Assembly: GCA_036498045.1 (NCBI GenBank)
Contig: DASXIJ010000017.1
Span: forward strand, 3,478 to 67,477
Direction of reading: 5' to 3'
Source of the DNA: Solirubrobacteraceae bacterium
GTDB taxonomy: Bacteria > Actinomycetota > Thermoleophilia > Solirubrobacterales > Solirubrobacteraceae
DNA length: 64,000 bases
Part shown: positions 58,837 through 64,000 of the stretch, in pieces
Layout of the letters: every line of letters starts with the position of its first letter
How positions within the stretch are numbered: position 1 is the first letter of the stretch
The notes under the pieces: generated by a model
Databases searched by the model: none
Seen by the model: only the letters and a program-made list of their open reading frames with translations
What the model was told of the DNA's origin: nothing
Position numbers and translations under genes: made by a program

Positions 58837-60228
58837 TCAGCCGGCCGCTCGGCGCCCGACGTCGGCGGCGCGCTCGGGCCCGACGAACGGGCTCAGCGTG
58901 AGGTAGACGAGCTGCGGCGCCGCGTCGCACAGCTCGTCCAGGCGCTGCTGCTCGATGTAGTGGTGCATGATCTGCCAGACGCCGCCCGCGACGGCCTCGG
59001 CAGCGACCTCGGGGACCTCGACGCCGGCCGGTGCGAGCTCGTAGCCCGGGCGCAGGAACTCGGTGAACGACGCAAGCGCCCCGTCGCGGATCTCAGTCGC
59101 GCGCGGGCTCGCGCCGAACGTGTCGACGAGCGTCAGATGCGCGTGCTCGGGCTCCGAGCAGACGTAGCGCAGCAGCGCGTTCATCCCCGCCGCCACGCCG
59201 TCAGCCCACTCGCGCCCGGCGTCGGCGAACGCGTCGGTCGTGACCTGCAGCGCGAGGTGAAGCCCGATCTTCTGCGCGCCGAGGAACGCGTCGTGCTTGG
59301 TTTTGTACATCTCGTAGAACGTCTCGTGCGAGACGTTCGCGCGCGAGGCGATCTCTGGGATTGTCAAGCCCGAAAAGCCCTTCTCGGCGACGATCGCCGC
59401 CGTCGCGTAGACGATCCGTTCGCGCTGGCTCTTGACGACATCCTCGCGCGGGAGGTCGTGGCGCCCGCTCGGTAGCCGCGGCCGGGCAGGCTGTGCGGGC
59501 TGCGCCGAGTCGTCGCGCGCAAGCACGCGCGGCGGCCCATCGAGCCCAAGCGGCAGCGTGTCGGGATAGGACGCGGCCCACGACGCGAGCTCTGCGCCCA
59601 GGTCGAGCAGCTCGGCGGCGCGGCCATGGCGAAGGCGCGCGGCGGACACCTCGCGGATCCCGCCGATCACGAACTTGGCCGTGAAGTCGCGCGGGTGCTT
59701 GCTCCCGAGGCTGGAGCGCCCCGCTTCGACGATCTCCTCGAGCGCGTTGAGCGTGCCCGCGCGTCGCTGCAGCGCGCGCGGGCCGGCGCCGAAGGTCCCA
59801 AGCAGTGCGAGCGTCATCGCCTGCGGCTCGGCCGCTGCGAGCTCGGCGAACTCACGCAGCGCCAGCTGGACGCTCTGCTCGGGCGTGTCGCCCGACGCGT
59901 AGGCCTCGCCAACTCGCCTGGTCGTGCGCCCGGCGATGTCCTCGTAGGCGCTCAGCAGCAGCTCTTCCTTGTCGGCGAACAGGTTGTAGAACGTCGGGCG
60001 CGAGACGTGCGCGAGCTGCGTGAGATCGTGGATCCGCACCGCCGGGTACCCGCGCTCTGCGATCAGCTCGATCATTGCCGAGCGCAGCCGTTCGCGCTGA
60101 TCGAGTTCGACCTGCTCGCGCGTCAGGCCGTGCGCGCCGGTCGGCAGGCGGCGGTAGCGCACGCCGTCGGACGCCGCCGACGCCGACCCCGCCTCGCGCG
60201 GCTTCGAGTTTGCCCTACGCGTCGTCAT
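58837..60228 (-). CDS. Tandem (double) TetR-family regulator
   Basis: Two units, each with RLP.G.H.L.RE.V...QRER and an HTH (VSRPTFY; VSHETFY). Confidence 0.9.
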   Translation of the reverse strand: MTTRRANSKPREAGSASAASDGVRYRRLPTGAHGLTREQVELDQRERLRSAMIELIAERGYPAVRIHDLTQLAHVSRPTFYNLFADKEELLLSAYEDIAGRTTRRVGEAYASGDTPEQSVQLALREFAELAAAEPQAMTLALLGTFGAGPRALQRRAGTLNALEEIVEAGRSSLGSKHPRDFTAKFVIGGIREVSAARLRHGRAAELLDLGAELASWAASYPDTLPLGLDGPPRVLARDDSAQPAQPARPRLPSGRHDLPREDVVKSQRERIVYATAAIVAEKGFSGLTIPEIASRANVSHETFYEMYKTKHDAFLGAQKIGLHLALQVTTDAFADAGREWADGVAAGMNALLRYVCSEPEHAHLTLVDTFGASPRATEIRDGALASFTEFLRPGYELAPAGVEVPEVAAEAVAGGVWQIMHHYIEQQRLDELCDAAPQLVYLTLSPFVGPERAADVGRRAAG

Positions 60229-60307
60229 GTCGCCCCAACACCTGCTGGAAACCCCTTGTTGACGCCAAACAGGCGAAGCCTAGCAAGCGCGTCAGGCGGC
60301 TCCCGGC

Positions 60308-62329
60308 TCAGCCGTGCATCGTGGCTGATGTGCCAAGGACGGCGCCGCCCGCGTCGAGCGCCTGCGCGGCGACGTACGGAGCGGCCGCGGGGGTCGTGAT
60401 CGCCGTCTCAAAGCCGCCGCGCGCGGCCGTCGCGACCGGCGCGAGCGACTGCGGCGAGGCGCCGGCGAGCACCCGCCAGCTGGCGGTGCGCGTGTCACCG
60501 TTCCAGCTCGCGTAGACGGTCACGCGTCCGCCCGACGCCGCGGCGGCTGCGACCGACGGAGCCCCCGCGGGCGCCCCCGTCCACGCGAAGCGATAGCCGC
60601 GGTAGGACTGATAGCTGCCGTGCCAATGCGCGTCGAACAGCAGCTGGCCGCTCGGGCTGTATTCCGAGAAGTACGGCCGCTGTCCCCAGCCGATGAACAT
60701 GTTCTGGTCCGCCAGCTGCTGGATGTTGCCCTGGCTTTCTGACGACAACGCCGGGCTGTGCTCGTACTGCGCGACGACCGATGCGGAGTCGGTGCTCGCG
60801 TTGAGCGCGAGCACGAGGCCGCGCGACTGCGGATGGACCTTGGGCACCGATCCGTTGTCGAACACGCTGATCTCGCCGTTGGCCAGCGTCGTCGCGTCAT
60901 GCTGGTAGGCCGTGTGCGTGCCTTCGCCGAGCTGGACGCCCGAGTGGTGGCCTCCGATCGCGTTCTGCAGCTGGCCGGTGGTCGTGTTCAGCTGATAGAT
61001 CGCCCACGTGTTGCGGGCGGAGATCAGCGTCGTGCCGTCGGCGTGCTGGTCGATCGAGTTGAGGTGGAAGTAGTCGTAGGGCCATTCGTGGCTGGAGCCG
61101 GTCGGCGAGCTGTAGGAGTCCGCGAGCGGCACGTGGTCGAGGCTGTGCCACTCGCGCCTGACCAGCCCCGTGCGCAGGTCGATTTCCTCAAAGATGCTGT
61201 CGTTGACCGCCCCGCCGATCGGGCCGCCGATGCTGGAGAGGTTGCAGTCGACCGGGTCGAACACGGTCATCAGCGCAGTGTCGGCAGCCGTGATGTGGAA
61301 GTCGTGCAGGTCGGCTTTGTAGCCGTTGCCCGCGTGCACGCGCCCGACCTGCCGGTAGGACGCGTCGTAGATCAGCTCTTCGCCCTGGCCGAAGCCCTGC
61401 TTTGGAATGTAGCCCTGCCACCACGTCAGCACCGGCCGGCCGTCGAGGTTCTGCACCTGCAGGTTCGTCGCGGCCACGTGCGATGGGAGCGGCTTGAACC
61501 AGACGAGGTTGCCCGCTTCGTCGAAGATCATCGGCCCCGCCGGACCCGGTCCCGAATACGGCGCCGCGAAGATGTCGCCCGGCGCGCTCGCCGCCGAGTG
61601 CGCCGTGACGACGACGCCCGGCGCTTCCAGGCTCGGGGCCGAACGGAAGTGCATCTTCTCGTTGTAATCGAGCCCAGACGGCGCGTTCGGCGTGGAGTAC
61701 GGCAGCGCGTCCTGCGTGCCGACGACGAAGCTGTAGCGGAACGATCGCGTACGCCCGGCGCTGCGAAGCTTGCCGCGGACGGTGACCGTCTCGCCAGAGA
61801 GGAACGGGTCCGACGGGACGAAGCTCGCGCCGTCTCCCTGTGAGTATGCGCGCAGCTTGCCGTCGTGCACACCGGTGCGCGAGCCCCTGGCGGTGACATT
61901 GGAGATCGCCTTCGCGGGCGCGCCGAGCAGGCTGACCTGGGTCCGGGGCGACGCGACATAGGAGCCGGGCAGCGGCGCCACGCTGATGCTCGTCCCGGGC
62001 AGCGTCGCCGAGCGGTTGAACTGCGTCGGCTCGCAGCGCGCGACGGCCGGCGCGCGGTATGCCGCCTGCTCGGCTTCGATCCGCTGCGATGCGATCGCGA
62101 GCGTCGCCGCGGAGGCGGCAGCGACGGCGACGCCGCCCGCGATCAGACCCCTGCGCAGGCGATGGTGGGCCCCCGCCGGCCGGGGACCGGGCCGGCGGCG
62201 CTCGGCGCGCAAGCGCCGCGTGGTCCGCGGAGCGCCATCGCTGCGAAGCTCGTCCCACGCGCGCTCGCGTTCTTCGCGCGCCCGTTCGCGCGCCTGGCGC
62301 GCCCGTTCGCGATCGGCGTTGCTTCTCAT
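60308..62329 (-). CDS. Arylsulfotransferase (ASST)-like beta-propeller protein, membrane-anchored
   Basis: GPMIFD..G.LVW, LTWWQG, DLHDF, EWHSLDHV, DYFHLNS, QHDA, FDNG, SQGN.Q, SYR; ATG overlaps the upstream stop. Confidence 0.88.
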   Translation of the reverse strand: MRSNADRERARQARERAREERERAWDELRSDGAPRTTRRLRAERRRPGPRPAGAHHRLRRGLIAGGVAVAAASAATLAIASQRIEAEQAAYRAPAVARCEPTQFNRSATLPGTSISVAPLPGSYVASPRTQVSLLGAPAKAISNVTARGSRTGVHDGKLRAYSQGDGASFVPSDPFLSGETVTVRGKLRSAGRTRSFRYSFVVGTQDALPYSTPNAPSGLDYNEKMHFRSAPSLEAPGVVVTAHSAASAPGDIFAAPYSGPGPAGPMIFDEAGNLVWFKPLPSHVAATNLQVQNLDGRPVLTWWQGYIPKQGFGQGEELIYDASYRQVGRVHAGNGYKADLHDFHITAADTALMTVFDPVDCNLSSIGGPIGGAVNDSIFEEIDLRTGLVRREWHSLDHVPLADSYSSPTGSSHEWPYDYFHLNSIDQHADGTTLISARNTWAIYQLNTTTGQLQNAIGGHHSGVQLGEGTHTAYQHDATTLANGEISVFDNGSVPKVHPQSRGLVLALNASTDSASVVAQYEHSPALSSESQGNIQQLADQNMFIGWGQRPYFSEYSPSGQLLFDAHWHGSYQSYRGYRFAWTGAPAGAPSVAAAAASGGRVTVYASWNGDTRTASWRVLAGASPQSLAPVATAARGGFETAITTPAAAPYVAAQALDAGGAVLGTSATMHG

Positions 62330-63663
62330 TCGACGCTCGGCTGGATCGCCTTGGATGTCGCGAGCGCTTTGCCCGACGCGCTCAGCGCGCGGACCTCGAC
62401 GTACCACGGCGCGGGCGCGACGCACGGGACGCCGGCCGGGCAATGGCCGTCGGGCGGGTTCGGCGCGGGGATCGTCGTCTCAAAGCCGCTTTTCGGCGTC
62501 GTCGACACCGCAGTCATCTGGCCGGGACCCGGGCCGACCAGCAGCTGCCACGACGTGACCGTCGTGGCCCCGTTCCAGCTCGCGTACACGGCGGTCGCGC
62601 CGGCGCTCGAGCGGGCGGCGATCGCCGGCGGTTCGCTCGGCTGGGCGCTCCACGGCTCGCGCCGCTGGGCGAGCGGCGCTTCGCGCGCCGGGCGCGATGG
62701 GCACGGCCGCGGTGCGGCGACGCGCCCGAGGCTGTGCCACTCGGCCATGACCAGCCCGGTGTGGACGTCGATCTGCTGGATCACGCAGTCAAGCGTCGGC
62801 CCGCTCGGCGGGATGCCGCTCGGCGCGTTGGTCGGCTGCACGGCGCTGTAGGACAGCACGAATGCCGAGCCCTGTGGCGTGAGCGTGAACTCGTGCCCGT
62901 CTGCTTGCAGCCCGTTGCCGGCGCGCACGACGGCGACGGTCGCGTAGTTGGCGTTGGCGACCATGTCGACGCCGAGGCCGTAGCCGAGCGTGCCGGCGCG
63001 TCCCTGCCACCAGGTCAGGACGTTCCTGTCGTGGAGCACCTGCGTGCGCAGGTTGGCCGCGGTTTCCGAGCCGGCGAGCGGCCTGAACCACACGAGGGCG
63101 CCGGCGCCGTCGAGGATCATCGGGCCGTGCTGTCCCGCCCCTTCGGCCGGCGCGACGAGCACGTAGGCGGGCGCTGCGCCGGCTTGGGGAGGAGCGGGGG
63201 CGATCGTCGGCGGGTGCAGGTCGGGGCGCGACTGAAAGCTCCGCACGGCGCCCGGCGCACTCTGCGATGGAGCGGGTTCAGCCACGGCGACGTGGGCGGG
63301 CGTGGCAATCGTGAACGTGTCCGAGAGGGTTCTGCGCGTCCTGTTCGCGCCCGTCAACGTGGCGTGCACGGTGACGCGCTCACCCGGCGTGAACGGCGTG
63401 CTCGGGAGAAAGCTCGCGCCGAGCGCCGACGTGTAGGCGCGCAGGTTCCCGCGGTGGCGTCCGCTGCGTGACCCGACGACCGACAGCGAGCCGAGCGCGC
63501 CGGCGGGCGCGCCAAGGAAGCTAATCTGCGTCTGCGCCAGCGCCGTCGGCGTGCCGGACATGGGTGAGATCGTGACGGTCGCGGCCGACGCGGCCGCGTC
63601 GGGCCCGGCCAATCCGGCGGTCGCCAGCGCTGCCGCGGCGGCGAGGCGGATGCGTGCGTTCAT
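62326..63663 (-). CDS. ASST-like paralogue with a large internal in-frame deletion
   Basis: Signal peptide; collinear with its neighbour up to EWHSL, resumes at PWSAQP/VYASWNGAT; lacks the DYFHLNS-QHDA-SQGN region. Confidence 0.8.
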   Translation of the reverse strand: MNARIRLAAAAALATAGLAGPDAAASAATVTISPMSGTPTALAQTQISFLGAPAGALGSLSVVGSRSGRHRGNLRAYTSALGASFLPSTPFTPGERVTVHATLTGANRTRRTLSDTFTIATPAHVAVAEPAPSQSAPGAVRSFQSRPDLHPPTIAPAPPQAGAAPAYVLVAPAEGAGQHGPMILDGAGALVWFRPLAGSETAANLRTQVLHDRNVLTWWQGRAGTLGYGLGVDMVANANYATVAVVRAGNGLQADGHEFTLTPQGSAFVLSYSAVQPTNAPSGIPPSGPTLDCVIQQIDVHTGLVMAEWHSLGRVAAPRPCPSRPAREAPLAQRREPWSAQPSEPPAIAARSSAGATAVYASWNGATTVTSWQLLVGPGPGQMTAVSTTPKSGFETTIPAPNPPDGHCPAGVPCVAPAPWYVEVRALSASGKALATSKAIQPSVE

Positions 63664-63806
63664 CGAGTCTCCAAGTGCAGTTGCGCTGCTGCGAGTGCCG
63701 ATCCTAACCACCTGCGAGCACGGCACCGCCGTTGAAGTTGCGCAGGCTGCGAGGGCTCTTAGCGACCTCTTCGACAGGTCACCGGCGCCTGCTGGGCGTC
63801 GCCGGC

Positions 63807-64000
63807 TCAGAAGACCGGTGTCTCGCGGTAGTCGCCGAACACCTGCTGCAGGGACTCGACGATCTCGCCCTCGGACGCGTGCGCGCGGGCGCAGTCGAGC
63901 AGCGGCTCCATCAGGTTGCGCTCGGGGTGCGCGGCGTGCTCACGCAGCGCGGCGAGCGTGGCCTCGACGGCGGCGCCGTCGCGTGCGGCGCGGGCGCGCT
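63807..64000 (-). CDS. Methylmalonyl-CoA mutase-family large subunit, 3' end only
   Basis: RD..AV...L..L...A.....NLMEPLLDCARA.ASEGEI...L..VFG.YRE.PVF*. Confidence 0.85.
   Translation of the reverse strand, partial: RARAARDGAAVEATLAALREHAAHPERNLMEPLLDCARAHASEGEIVESLQQVFGDYRETPVF

Overview
Very GC-rich actinobacterial chromosomal DNA. The gene content and style suggest Thermoleophilia/Solirubrobacterales, which is an inference. The left end is a purine biosynthesis cluster (purB-C-S-Q-L-F, then purN-purH; purM and purD are not in their usual slots). Next come a partner-switching/c-di-GMP signalling block, three tRNA genes (Lys-TTT, Val-TAC, Asp-GTC), an osmoprotectant ABC transporter and a P450. 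Downstream of tRNA-Asp is an accessory stretch: a ~2.8 kb islet closed by a degenerate copy of the tRNA 3' end, then a MazF-type TA pair, TetR and GNAT genes. The middle holds two class III nucleotide cyclases, a cold-shock gene, lipid-modifying enzymes and aldo/keto reductases. The most striking locus is 48.4-54.3 kb: a PhoP/OmpR-type two-component system followed by a small membrane protein, a di-heme ferric-reductase/MsrQ-like protein, a membrane-anchored Ser/Thr/Gly-repeat protein ending VTTSQS, a signal-less ApbE flavin transferase and a GT2 glycosyltransferase. Four promoters in this locus share a (T/G)CTCAG-N5-TC(T/C)CAG box lying exactly 32 nt before a -10-like hexamer. It looks like a flavinylation-based extracytosolic electron-transfer module with no canonical FMN-binding substrate. 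The right end carries a small XRE/FkbM/fascin islet, a tandem-TetR regulator, two arylsulfotransferase-like paralogues (one with a ~160-aa in-frame deletion) and the 3' end of a methylmalonyl-CoA mutase gene. No CRISPR array, rRNA, integrase or transposase was seen. All product calls come from motif recognition by eye; no database searches were run.
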